The notes below the pieces were generated by a model. That model did not search any database. It was given only the letters and a program-made list of their open reading frames with translations, and was not told where the DNA came from. Below, piece by piece: positions 24,445 through 37,035 of a stretch of DNA of 64,000 nucleotides; the first letter of the stretch is position 1, and each line of letters begins with the position of its first letter. The position numbers and the translations under genes were made by a program. The stretch spans positions 17,984,029 through 18,048,028 of the forward strand of contig MU054323.1 in assembly GCA_013239625.1 (NCBI GenBank), read 5' to 3'. This stretch comes from Lama guanicoe. Lineage: Eukaryota.

Positions 24445-24651
24445 TCAGACCCTAGTGGGCTTTATCTTTAGTCTGCCTGATGGTGTGCAGGTCCAGTTGG
24501 AGTCTGGTACCTTTGTTAGGTGCAACACGTGGACCCAGGAGTCTACTCCCTGGGGTTTGATGGCACAAGAGTTAGTCAATGATATCTGATAGGCACCCTT
24601 GCAATGAGGCTGGAGAGAGTACTTCGAAGATAGCTTTTCCAGGATACACAA
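24445..24651 (-). pseudogene. pol: Retroviral integrase C-terminal (GPY/F) remnant
   Basis: LQPHCKGAYQISLTNSCAIKPQGVDSWVHVLHLTKVP resembles the class I ERV consensus LQPRWKGPYQVLLT..A.KL.G..SWIH.SHLKKAP. Confidence 0.85.
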
Positions 24652-27600
24652 TCTCCAGGCTGCTGAGTATGATATTAATCTTCATTTTCTAGGCGTGCAC
24701 TTCAGAAGGAGTGTTCTCCCAGAGCATGATTATTTTTAATAGCAGCAACCAGGCCTTTATAATACATAAATAGGTCCCCCTTTTTCAGTTTTGGATGAAA
24801 AGAAGGAACCAAGTGCATTGGGCAACTGGTTCCAAGGAGAGCAGACTCCCCTTCAGACCTATGCAAATACATACATTGTCATTAACAAAAGAATATTTAG
24901 TAAGAGTTTCAGAACTCTTGAGGGATCAAGCAGGGAGAAAAAGACAAGTGCTTCAACCTTTGTTGTGGAGATACACTTTACCACATTGTTGTAAGTTATA
25001 AATAGCTTAAAGGAGAGGAGAAAGGGGGCCCTTTACATCGGGTAAAGAGTACACTTAACCTAATAAATTTCCATTAGAGTTTTAGAAATTCTTTTCCAGT
25101 TTAGTGCTATGATTGTAAAATTATCAAAAACCTGTAATTCCAGAGTACCTTTAAGAGTCCTTTCCATGAATTTCTCTGGAGTTCAAACACACTTGCAAAA
25201 GCATCAGAATAAAACAGTATCTGTCTACAAATGACCAAAAGACCTGAAAATGCCCGTTATCCAAAACCTGATGAGAGGTCATAATGGGTTTGACAGGAGG
25301 ATTTGCTTATTTCTGTGACATACATTTAGAATTATGGCCAATAACGTATCAGGACATCTTAGAATTTTAGGAATTTCATACAATTTTGGAACTCTTATGT
25401 TAACATATACCCATGCAAATATAAGGTAAAAAAGTTTAGTATTCTTCCTTATTTGACAAGCTACCCATGTAATTGAGCATATAAAATTAGCCTAATTGGA
25501 TTAACATTTTAGCAGGTGAAAGACAAATCTTTTGGGATTTTCCAGGGGCCCTCTGGAAAAGCCCAAAGTTAGTTCAAGGTCAAAAAGACTTCATTTAGAA
25601 CCCAATTCTTGGGAAGTTTGTAAAAAATATCAAAAGGTTTTGGACATTTGACCAAAGGACCACAAATCATTATCAAATGATACTTAATTATTTGGCCAAG
25701 GTAACAATAAAAGATTTCAAAGGCAAATTGTGAAAAGGTTACATAGTTGCAAGCAAAACTTTGCTTTTTGAATATTGAGAAGACTCAGTTTTCTTTAGTA
25801 GTCAAAGACCTGATTAAGACAACATGAAGTATAGAAAATTATTTTGATAACACAAATCTTTGTCTTCTAAGTGCATTATTTCAAAGGTAAAGAAAACTCG
25901 TTCATAATTTGCCCATCAGGAGCAGACCAACATTCCAGTAGAAACTTGTTCTTTAGCAAATGAAAGGAAATTAAGGTTTAGTTTTACGTAAGTGCATTGC
26001 TGATTTTAAAGCAGCTTGTTCTTAAAACCCTTATAATAACAATTCAATTTTAGCCAACTTGGCCACACAAAAAGTTCATTTTTTTCAAACATTCCTTTTC
26101 CACAAATATTCTACAACTTACTGTTTCTGTTCAGCTTTTGTCCTGTTTTTCTTCTTTCCTATTCTGTAACAAACAAAATCAGTAATTTTGTCTCACTTTA
26201 GGACAAAATTACTTTCTTTCCCCTCAACAAAATGCATTTCCATTGCTCATAACTTTCCTTACCAAAAACATATGTCCTACTTTTTTTGCATATAGAATTG
26301 TTTCCCTTATTACTGCTGGTAGCTTTAAAAAATTGTGAACATTCTGCCGCTGACAAGTTTGTAAATACATTCCATAATTATAAAAAGTACACTTTCCTCA
26401 TGGTGAAATTTCTAATGTGGCACAAAACATGTTTCCCCATAGACCTAGATATCTTTAGTTCCTTTGTAAAGGAAGCCAAAAATGGATGAAACTAACTTTA
26501 GTAATGTTTTAGTATTTTCTTCTTATTTAAAAGTGAACTAGATGGTTAATGACTACCCATAATTTAATTTAGGAAAACTCTAAAGTTTCAAGTTACCAAA
26601 AAGATTTTGGGAAGCTATTTTTTACACACCTATATGTTAAAACATAATTATTGCTCCCTCGAAGCCCTTATACTATACACTTTCATCTATATAAATTATT
26701 TTTTCCTAACAATTCTGTATAAGTTACAAAAACTCCATATGTCATTAAAACAATTAGCCATTATTTTAAATAATTTTTCTTGCTGACAAAAAATTTTTAT
26801 CACAAAGATAACATGAAATTATCTTACCAATAAACTCAGGTAGAATGAAAATTGTATACCTGCATTATTTTCCATATTGTTAACTCCAAAGACAGGCCTG
26901 TTATAATTAAATCAAAACCTTATGCTAGCTTTCATTTAATCCTAGATCACATGAACTTGAAAAGCATTTGGGGTTAGTTTCTGTAATATTTATTTAATTC
27001 ATATAAGTGTTTCTTTGTCTTTAAGCCAGTTAAATAGAGCTCTTTATAGATTAATTTTAGCAATTCCTTTTGGAGATAGAAAATATGATATATCTACAAC
27101 ACATATATACACATGTACGTAAATGCACATGAGGATACAGACAGATGCAAAAAGGGACCTCATAATTTTGTCTTAAGTTTCAGCCATGTGCCAGATACAA
27201 ACTCAAAAGAATAGTTGGATCCAAACTGTGTTTCTAGAAGATGGAGTAAGTTAAGGTTATGTGCTGTAGCCATAAGGATCCTTTTAGAACTGCTTTTGAG
27301 CTAATTTGTCTTTTAGAAACTTCAGCATATCAATCAAAGAATAAAGTCCATTGTCTTCCAAGAGGTTTGGAATCCTCTCTTTCAAGGGTATCCCTTAAGG
27401 TGGGCTTATCTAAAACAAAGCCTCCCTCTTTTGAGCAGGAGGAATGACTTACCAAAAGGCTTCAGCAAACAGACACAGGAAGCAAGTTTTCTCTAGGAGT
27501 TTTTGGAGTATATTTGTCTATTGTCAAAAATCTAGGGCAATTGCTGTTTAAAACTTTCCTTCCAGTTGTTTATTTGCTCCAGTTAACTTAGAGACTGTAA

Positions 27601-27944
27601 CTAGGGGTTGAGCATTTGGATCCTCGGAGGTTCGATTTTAAAGGAGCAGATTTTCACAGAGGGGGAGAGAGAAAGATGGCACCAGAGACGGAGTCTGAGC
27701 ACAGACAGCTGCCGGGAAGGCGCATGAGACAGCACCAAGACAAAGGAGCTGGGGGGACAGAGCACAAGGAACATGGGACTTTAAAGCCATTTGGATCTTC
27801 TCTAGCTTTTAAGTTATTTCAGCCAATTTGGAAATAGGTATCTTGCAAGGAGGCAATTTTAGAGCTTTGTGTACATTTGGAAGCTTCCAGATATCCATGA
27901 AAATAAATATACCATTTGTTTTGTTTAATTTTAGAACTGTGGTT

Positions 27945-28143
27945 CTTCAGTTTAATCTTAAGAAAAATGAATCTGGAGAGACTGAAAGTTTCCCATAATG
28001 GCCATTGTAATTCTGGATTATTTTTATTTTGTTTGACCCATTTAGTTAAAAATATGCAGGTGGGAGGTCCATAGTTTTTAAAATAAAATTGGCAGGAGTC
28101 CCTGAAGGAGGGCTGCTCTCAGAGAACTTATATGAATCCCGTT
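27945..28143 (-). pseudogene. gag: gag matrix (MA) remnant
   Basis: Manual translation SSPPSGTPANFIFKNYGPPTCIFLTKWVKQNKNNPELQWPLWETFSLSRFIFLK contains the WP..xTF MA-type motif, ~400 nt downstream of the PBS. Confidence 0.65.
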
Positions 28144-28541
28144 TTCCTAAGTTCTCCTGAAAACCTAGGAAAGTTGCCAAAGTCCTAGTTCAGATTCCAA
28201 AAGGAAACTAAAAACACAAAACAAATTCTTGGATTCCAGTTTGCTTGACCTCCAGAAAAGAAATTCACTACCAACTGCTTCAGAAAACATCCAAAGTATT
28301 CACCAAGGATGAAACCTTGAGCCTGAAAGGATGAAAACTTTCCTCTGAAAGGACAAAGACTTTCCAGACCCTGAAGAAAGTCTGAGAGCCCCAGATACAA
28401 AAAGAGCAGAGCTTGGAATCCAAGAGGAAACTTAACAAACTGAAAACAGGTGTGACCCACAGAAACAAGGACCACAGATGGCCTGCTGCAGTACCTGCTC
28501 TATTCCAGGGCCTGTCATTTCCCACGGTTCACCTTCTTTGG

Positions 28542-28559
28542 ATCCCACTTCTGACACCA
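28542..28559 (-). other. Primer-binding site complementary to the tRNA-Leu 3' end
   Basis: Minus strand TGGTGTCAGAAGTGGGAT complements ATCCCACTTCTGACA-CCA of tRNA-Leu(CAA/CAG), directly after the 5' LTR. Confidence 0.88.
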
Positions 28560-28563
28560 AATA

Positions 28564-29020
28564 GGTCAACATCAATAATACAGTAGCCAGTTACTCGACC
28601 AGCAAAAGCAAGTTTATTTGGGAATACCAGAGGAATTACAGTTTGAGATATGTGGACTTTGATGGACCATAGGCAAATCCATGGAACAAGAAAGGCAAAC
28701 TTGCTTTTATAGGGAAATGGAAGGAGTACAAAGGGGCTGTAATAACCAAAGAGTCCCTTGGAAGAAGCTGGCAGTCCAAAGTATGGAGGCTTCTCATTGG
28801 CTGGGCTGTTACAGTCTCTGATTCGGTTGACTGTCAGTGGGCTGAGGAAAGTTGCCTTCTTCCTTCTGGATAGCAAAGTAGGCAACCTTCCTGTCAGAGA
28901 TGTAGACATATGTCTCTTCCTGTTTAGAGTAATTGACGGTTCATGGTGGGGCATGAGTGCTCTCCTTACAGGCCTGTCCCCACTCCAATTTTAGTTGAGG
29001 CTTCTTTAATTAATTCTACA
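28564..29020 (-). mobile_element. ERV 5' LTR
   Basis: Homologous to 22355-22794; TATAAAA at 28711-28705, CCAAT at 28800-28796, AATAAA at ~28618-28613. Confidence 0.9.
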
Positions 29021-29769
29021 AAGTGAATTTCCAAATTAAAATGTTTATCCAGAGACATGCAAATTTAAACTTTCCCCCAAAGCACCATTAGTGATATATT
29101 CTGGGTCCAAGTTATAGTATTAAATCAGATCTTTGAGTCATGAGCTTTGCCAGTTTCTCTTGGTTTACCTTTATTTCTTATGACTGTGTACTAAGAAATT
29201 AATCCTCCTAAATTTTGGAAGTCTGATTATCCTGTCTTCTATGTCTTTCCAGCCCTGATCAGATGAAATGTAGCTTTTTGACCTACAGCATCATGGTTAT
29301 AGTTAGATTTAAGAAAAAATATCCTTTGGACCTCTATTCTTAAAACTGATTTTCTATCAGAGAAGGCCTTGGTGCTAACATCTTGCTTTCTAGGGTACTG
29401 ATCACAAAAACATCTCTGGCTTGACCACCGTGCATGACAGTCATTTTTAGGAGCTATTCACAGAACTAAATAAAACATGGGCTTCTAAAATTGGATTTCC
29501 TTATATTTTGAGTCTATTCTCCCCTTAGTACATATATCAGACTCTCTCTGCCCACTCCCCACAATGCTTCTGCTTCTAAACTTGGATATTCTTAGTGAAT
29601 GAAAGAATAAAGGATAGCAGTAACCTGTATTCTCAAAATATGACTGGTTCAACAGACAATACAAAAGGAAAAAAGTTTAAGAACTTAAAAGAAAGTAATT
29701 TCATAGTACAATACATCTGGAGTCATAGAGGTTTCCCAATTATCAACCGAGTGGTATCCCTATTACCAA

Positions 29770-30015
29770 TAGACTGAAAACTTCCTATGTACTAGTGACT
29801 ATGCTGAGCCCTTTTCACTTACATCATTTCACTTACTACTCCCAGTAACTCCATGGTTAGGTGGGTACTATTGTTAGCCTCATCTTACAGATTAGAAAAT
29901 TGAGGCACAGAGTGGTTAAGTGACTTTTCCAGACACACACATTGCTAAGGGGTAGAGCTGAGAATGGAATTCGTGCTGCTTGACTTCCGTGTCCAGTCTC
30001 TTATCTGCCATACTC
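29770..30015 (-). mobile_element. MIR SINE
   Basis: 'catcttacagattagaaaattgaggcacagagtggttaagtgactt' MIR core. Confidence 0.7.
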
Positions 30016-31065
30016 ACTCTTTCTCCTTCAAGGGATGTGCAGTAGATGATTCAAGTAACTGTACAGTAATGCTTATTTTAAATTTGTTAACAAATATTCA
30101 CAGTTGCATTGAGACATTTTACCAATCTCTTCATCTGTACTCATTTAAATTAGCACTGAAAGTCTGTGCATTTGACAGTCACATTAAAATGCCTTTTCTT
30201 AAGGTGCAGATTTTCATCTTATTTACCTAGCCCTTATGTTTGTTTTATTCTCTAATATTGTGATTAGGGTTATATTTTGGGAATCTGTTTTTTCTTTTTT
30301 GTGCAAGAAGGGTGGAATTAGAGCTTGTATGGTTTTTTCCCCCTTCATAGTTCTTGATTTTATCAGTATCTATATCTTCCCTTTGACTGAACTTTGATTC
30401 ATACCATTTGTATTTGAATGTTGACACTGCCTGTTACTATGTGTCCTTGTACAAGTTTCTTCTTTTACGGGTTTCTTAGCTTCTCTGTGACTCAGTTTCC
30501 TCATCTGTAAAATGGTGTCTTGCTTCTGATGGCAACCTCTATGCCCCTCTTTTCTGAAGAAAGACCGCTTAGTATCCCCTTTTAGCTCTGGATTATTATG
30601 TATATTAATATTTTTATTCTTTTGCTTTTTAGACAAAATAAACCTTTCTGAGTTATTTGTTTACCCTAACCTCCTTTATATCAGGGTTTTTTTTTTCTTT
30701 TTCCTTAGAGCACTTTTTAAAGGATATTTCCACAGTGGGTCTTTGTGTAGTATATCTTTTGAGTTTTACAAATGATATTCTTATTGCAAATTTAAATGAG
30801 GTTTACTGGACATAAAATTTTAACTTTAATGTTCTTTTCTTGAAATACTTAAAAAGTATTTTTTCACTTTGTCTAGTGTAGCTGTTGAGAAGACTGATCA
30901 TCTGAATTTTATTCTTAGTAGTTGAATTGCTTTCTTTCTAAAAGTTTTTATAATTTTGCCTTAGACTTTGAAGTCTACTAGTTTTTCTCCATTGACATCT
31001 AGATTTTGGATTCTCTTTTTCTTCTTCCTCTTCCGTTTGCCCCTTGATACTCTATGTGTCATCTT

Positions 31066-31624
31066 TTTTTTTTCCTCTCTCTCTGATATTATAAAATTCT
31101 TTTTTTAAATTGAAGTATAGTCAGTTTACAATGTTGTGTCAATTTCTGGTGTACAGCATAATGTTTCAGTCATACATATACATACATATATTCATTTTAA
31201 TATTCTTCTTCATTGTAAGTTACTGCAAGATATTGAATATAGTTCCCAATGCTATACAGTAGACACTTATTGTTTATCTATTTTATATGTAGTAGTTAGT
31301 ATCTGCAAATCTTGAACTCCCAGTTTATCCCTTCCCACCTCCTTTCCCCTCTGGTGACCATAAGTTTGTTTTCTATGTCTGAGTCTGTTTCTGTTTTGTA
31401 AATAAGTTCATTTGTGTCTTTTTTTTTTGAGATTCCACATATGAGTGATATCATACGGTATTTTTCTTTCTCTTTCTGGCTTACTTCACTTAGAATGGTG
31501 ATCTCCAGGTCCATATATGTTGCTGCAAATGGCATTATTTTATTCTTTTTTATGGCTGATTAGTATTCCACTGTATAAATATACCACAACTTCTTTATCC
31601 AGTCATCTGTCGATGTACATTTAC
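31066..31624 (-). mobile_element. 5'-truncated lineage-specific L1 3' end
   Basis: Same 3' UTR as 19530-20100; near-TSD ATGTGTC(A/T)TCTT at 31054-31065 and 31625-31636. Confidence 0.88.
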
Positions 31625-31723
31625 ATGTGTCTTCTTAATCTGAGAGTTTTCATCTTTAATTCTGGGAAACCGTCAGTCATTAATTTTTCAAATATTTACT
31701 TCCTTTTGTTTATTCTCCCATTA

Positions 31724-32106
31724 CAGTTGACCCTTGAACAACATGGGTTTGAACTGCATGGATTCACTTATATGTGGATTTTTTTCCAATAAATATGTAT
31801 TACAGTACTATATGATCTGTTGCTGGTTAAATCTGCAGATGCAGAAAGAGAATGTGACAATGAGTGTATATATGTTCATATATAACTGAAAAATTGTGCT
31901 CTACACTGGAATTTGACACAACATTGTAAAATGACTATAACTCAATAAAAAAATTTTAAAAAAAGAAAAAGAAAAATTTTCTAAATTAAAAAAAAAATCT
32001 GCAGATGCAGAACTGCAGATATGGAGGGTCGACTAAGGTTATATGCAGATTTCCAACTGTGTAGAGGGTAAGCATCTCTAACCCCCACATTGTTTAAGGG
32101 TCAATG
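31724..32106. mobile_element. Tigger2/MER8-like DNA transposon, interrupted by an L1 fragment
   Basis: TA + TIR CAGTTGACCCTTGAACAAC at the left end; TTGTTTAAGGGTCAATG at the right end. Confidence 0.8.
31847..31994 (+). mobile_element. Very short L1 3' end inserted in the Tigger element
   Basis: AATAAA plus A-rich tail; perfect 18-bp TSD AAATCTGCAGATGCAGAA at 31829-31846 and 31995-32012. Confidence 0.88.
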
Positions 32107-34147
32107 CATACTATTATGCAGATGGTTAAACTCTAGTTTCATATCTTCTAAATATATTCATAATATCCCACATATATGCTGTCTGTTAATTCATCCCTGA
32201 ATCCTGGTCTGGTTCTTTGCCTTGATCTTCCAGCTCACTAAGTTAGTTCTCCACTGTATGCATATTGTCTTCTATGGGTCTTCATTGGTTTTTCCTTAAA
32301 ATTCTTGATTCTGCACCATGTAACCAATACTTGATCTTATGCTTACTTTAAATTCTTAATCTGTTTCTTCCATTAATTGAGCTTTGTTTGGTATATGTTA
32401 CTGTTTATCGTCTTCTGCTTTGTAGCGCTTATGTTCTTCAGATGCTATTTTTCCTTCGGAACATATATTCCCCCGTGGGTATTTGCTGCCTTGGCTTTCA
32501 ATGAGTATCCAGGGAGAGGAGTCTGAAGTTGAGGCCCTGGTTTGTGAGCCTCCTAGGGAGGCTGCCATTTCCTCCCCACTTGAGGCCATAGCCACCTTCT
32601 AGATCTTCAAGAGTCTCTTACGAGTTTTATGTTAGCTTTTAAAATGCATGTGATTCCCTCTTGGTTTTTAGTTTGTTTTGCTTATTTTTGCTGTTTTAGC
32701 TTTTGCTTCTTTATGATTGTGTTCAGGAGAGGGAGCTAGGAGCCTGGGCTAGTTGATCATCATGCCACAAGTGTCCATTCTCTATAATCTTACCAGTCCT
32801 CAAGTTGTATAGATGTGTTTAAAAAGGACCGTGTATACTCTTGCTTCTTCCCAAATTTCAATAATTTTAATAGTCATTGCTTATTATTGTATAGTTGGCT
32901 TGACCATATCAATCACTCTCTCCAGAGATTGCTGACATGAATAGAATGGGGTGCAGTATATAGACTTGGCTCAACTTTTCTTTTCTTGATGAGGCTGAAA
33001 GGGCCAATACTCTACTTTTAAAGGTATAATTTATGTACTTGAATGATGATTCTCTGGTTCCACCTCTAGTAATTTTTACTGGTCTTGATGATTTATGGCA
33101 ACAGTAAAGTCACATCTCAAAATTTATGTTATTTTAATAAAAAGTTTAAATTGAATTTTACTTTTATCGATTTCTACAAAGTCAAGCAATTCACTTCAGC
33201 ATTATAAATTCTGCACCTACACCAGATCTGTCAGGCAGTGAGGATGAAGAGTGATGCTCTTTCTGTTCTTTTCATTTTCAAGCAACTTCCTACTTCTGTA
33301 AGTCTTTCTGTGGAGAGGTTTGCTTGAGAGTTCAACAGAGTGTCCTATCACCAGCCTTATGGAGCTCATATGATATTTATTCTCCTGGAGGGAAAAAAAT
33401 AGATTTAAACTGAAGGTTAAATTAATTTAGTTTTTTTAAAGACATGCCTATTAAGATTCTGAGTAATAGTTAACATAGTTGATAAAAAGAGTTTCTGTTA
33501 AGTGCTGAAATTAATTACTGAAATCTTCCTCTGGTAGTCTTTAAATATAGGATCTATTTTTATCTTTCCGAGGTGGCTAGCTTTGGGGGTACTTTTAAAG
33601 ATGGAAGGATTGAGATGATATCTTTTCAATTTGAGCCCTTTGAATGAAACTGCTGTCCAATTTTAGCTGAGAAATACACCTTTAAAAAATACTTTTGTGC
33701 AATTGATATTCTTCAACGTAAAGCCTTGAAGAAATTGTGTTTTATCTGAAAATTTGCACTAACCAGTTCTTCTTCCTTATCTCTCCTGATCATTTGTGTG
33801 TTCCCATTGCTCTTTATTTTTGTCCTAATAACTCCTGGAAATATTTGAGACATTCTCTTTACTCCTCCCTAACCCTGGTTTAGATTTTATAGCTTTCTGA
33901 AGATTTACCTTATATGTACACTGACTTTCTCTCTCCTTCTCACAGCCCTCAAACAAATTTGTCTCAGTGGCCTAGACTAGAACAATAAATATTACTATGA
34001 TGGTGGCCTGAGCTCTCATCTTAAAATGAAAATTATAACTGATAAGAAAACATGTCATAGTTTGAGAGCTTTGTAATATTTTGTTTTTAATCAGCTGCAT
34101 AGTATATCACTGGATGAATATGCAATAATTTATTTAACTGGTCTGTT

Positions 34148-34689
34148 GAAGTGTAGTCAGTTTACAGTGTTGTGTCAATTTCTGGTGTACAACATAATGT
34201 TTCAGTCACACATATATGTATATATATTTCTTTTCATATTCTTTATCATTATAGGTTACTACAAGGTATTGAATATAGTTCCCTGTGCTATACAGTAGAA
34301 ACTTGTTGTTTTTCAATTTTATATATAATAGTTAGAATCTGCAAATCTCAAATTCTAGATTTATCCCTTCTCACCCGCTTTCCCCTCTGGTAACCATAAG
34401 TTTGTTTTCTATGTCTATGAGTCTGTTTCTGTTTTGTAAATAAATTGTGTCTTTTTTTCAGATTCCTTGAGTGATATCATATAGTATTTTTCTTTCTCTT
34501 TCTGGCTTACTTCACTTAGAATGACGATCTCTAGGCCCATGTATGTTGCTGCAAATGGCATTATTTTATTCTTTTTTATGGTTGAGTAGTATTCCATTGT
34601 ATAAATATACCACAACTTCTTTATCTGGTCATCTGTAGATGGACATTTAGGTTGTTTTCATGTCTTGGCTATTGTAAATAGTGCTGCAG
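34148..34689 (-). mobile_element. L1 3' end nested in an older L1
   Basis: Same L1 3' UTR family; near-TSD AACTG(G/A)TCT(G/A)TT; tail nearly absent. Confidence 0.85.
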
Positions 34690-36203
34690 AACTGATCTAT
34701 TTATGATCACTTAGGTTGCAATCTTTTGCTCTTGCAAACAATGCTACAATGATGACCTTGAACATGGATCATGGGGTTAGTAGGAGCTTTTTTTGTAGGA
34801 TAAAATTTCTAGAAGTAGAATTTGTATGTGCATTTAAAGTTTGATAGGTCTTCCTAACTGGCTTCCAAAGATGTGGTTGGTGGTTTTTTGCTTGTTTGTT
34901 TTTTGTTTTTGTAAGAGTTTGCCTCAGATTTATAGATCAACTTGTGGGGGAATTATCATCATTACTGATGTGATTTTTAAAAATATTTTCAGCTTATCTT
35001 TTGGTTATTTTAGAAGTAGTCTTTTCCTTAATATATATATTGCATATTATTTTTATCTTTTTGTTGCTGTTGAAAATGGAGTCTTTTAGTTTAACTTCTA
35101 CCTGTTTGAAGTTATTCAAGGCAATTCTTAAATAATTCAGTCTCTTTCAAGTGTCATTGAAAAAAATGGTGCATTAAGTTCATCTAAGATTTGTCCAAGA
35201 TTATAAAATCCCCTAAGGGAAAAATAAAACTTAGTTAACAATGGAGGAACACTTTCCAGATTTCTTAGAGGAAAATAATGTTTTACTGGTGCCTTGAAAA
35301 ATATAAAAGATGCTGAGGTGCCTTTATCTGGGTCTACTTATGGCTGGTGAACAGTGAATGGATTTTGATGTCGTGTGCTGATCCTATACCTGAATTCATG
35401 TTTAATGATGTTGTCCCTGAGTGTAATGCTCGTAACATTCCTACTTGGGAAGAATTGACCTTAACTCTGTTGACCATCCAAACTACCTGGACATTTGTTA
35501 TCATCCATGTCATTTAGTAACATTTGTACTTTACATCTAACTTTCCCAAGAAGTCTTTGTCAAGTAAAATGTTCAATTCCATCAAATAGATTTGCAAAAA
35601 GTTCTTAATCTAGATCCCTACTCTCTTCTCCTTCATATTATCATTAGGAAAGGGTGTTTTTCAGCTCTAATTCAAATCCGTTGACAGGCCACACGCCGTC
35701 ATACTGGAGACGTGCCGTCTACATCTTGCTATTTCACTTGGCCAGGGATGCCAGCTTTTTGTGAAGAGAAGCTACTTTTCTTCTCCACGTGGACTGCATT
35801 CTGTACGGTTATATTCTGTAATGCGCTTCATTAACAATGTCAAACATAAAGTGGAGATTTCAATTATGAAAGCATTGCTAATTTATGCCATCAGTGGGTT
35901 TAAAGGAATTTTTTGTATTTGTTCAAATTGTGTTTATTAGTTTTTTTAGTACACAAAAATGTAAAGAACAGAGCAAAAATGGCCTGCAATCTCATCATTC
36001 TGGTAACTATAATTGTTTAAAAAAAAAAACCAAAGTAATACCTGTGTAGTTAGAATATTAAAGCAATCCAAAGACAAAAAATTAAAAGTAAATTTTTCTT
36101 TCTACCCCAGACCCTTTTTCCAACTTAAACTACTGTGAGCATATTCCTAGGTATCATTTCTCCCAAAATATTTTCAGAGATACACATACTCACAATTTTG
36201 TCC

Positions 36204-36277
36204 GTGTGTGTGCGTGCGTGCACACACACACACATACACACACATACACGCATACACACACACGTAGACACACACGC
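36204..36277. repeat. (GT)/(CA) compound microsatellite
   Basis: Directly visible. Confidence 0.9.
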
Positions 36278-36539
36278 GGTCATTTCTTTTTAAAAAGGAA
36301 ACTACACAAAATAAATTACATTATACACAATATTTTGTTCCTTACATATTTCGCTTATGTCTTTAGGTCTCTTCATGAGAATACATGCAAGATCTAGTTC
36401 ATATGCCAAACATATGGGCATGTGGATAGCTATTAGTGGATGTTTAGATTAAGAGCAGATTTTTTTTCCATTTTAAATCATGCTGCAATAAACATCTTGT
36501 TAGGATTTGGACCACTTCTGAGCCTGTATCTCAGAGCAG

Positions 36540-36790
36540 GCCAGGTAGCGTAGTGACTAATGGCATAGATTCTAGTGCCAGACTGCCTGGAGTTTGGATT
36601 GATTACTTACTCCTTCCTGGCTGTGTGAACTTGGACATGCTATTTGGCTTCTCCACGCTTTACTTTCCTTAGGGCAGTACCTACCTGAGTTGGTGTGAGG
36701 ATCACTATGTATAAAGAACTTGGAATGATGCTTGGCATATTGTAAGCAGTTGATAAATGCTAGCAATCATCATCTTTATTATTATTGTGG
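36540..36790 (+). mobile_element. MIR SINE
   Basis: 'gtagcgtagtgacta...gccagactgcctgg...ctgtgtgaacttggaca...gtgtgaggat' MIR pattern. Confidence 0.7.
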
Positions 36791-36829
36791 TAAAATTTTG
36801 GATATATACGTGATAAAAGACTTCATTCT

Positions 36830-37035
36830 GGGAGAAAAGAAGGAAACGTTGAAAATGAAGGGGGAAAGGGGGATGGAGGAGGAAGAGAAAATAATAAAGA
36901 ACAGGAAGAGAGAAGAAAGAGGAAGAGGGAGATGAGAGACAGCGTAGACAGAGAATGGTGGAGGAGGAGGAGGAGAGGGTGAGGTGGGGAGGAAGGACCA
37001 GTAGAGAAAGCAACGCAAAGGAGGATGGAAAACAA
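36830..37035. repeat. Purine-rich (GA/GGA) low-complexity tract
   Basis: Strong purine strand bias, (GGA)n. Confidence 0.85.

Larger units (their letters stand above)
22355..29020 (-). mobile_element. Decayed endogenous retrovirus (class I / ERV1-like, MER4-group-like non-autonomous architecture), ~6.7 kb
   Basis: Two homologous ~450-bp LTRs, PBS, PPT and gag, integrase and env remnants in the correct order on the minus strand; no RT motifs seen in the AT-rich interior. Confidence 0.92.

Noticed and set aside
28529..28954. 141-aa ORF similar to the 93-aa ORF at 22462-22743
   Set aside because: Both lie in the paired LTRs; the similarity reflects LTR duplication, not a gene family.
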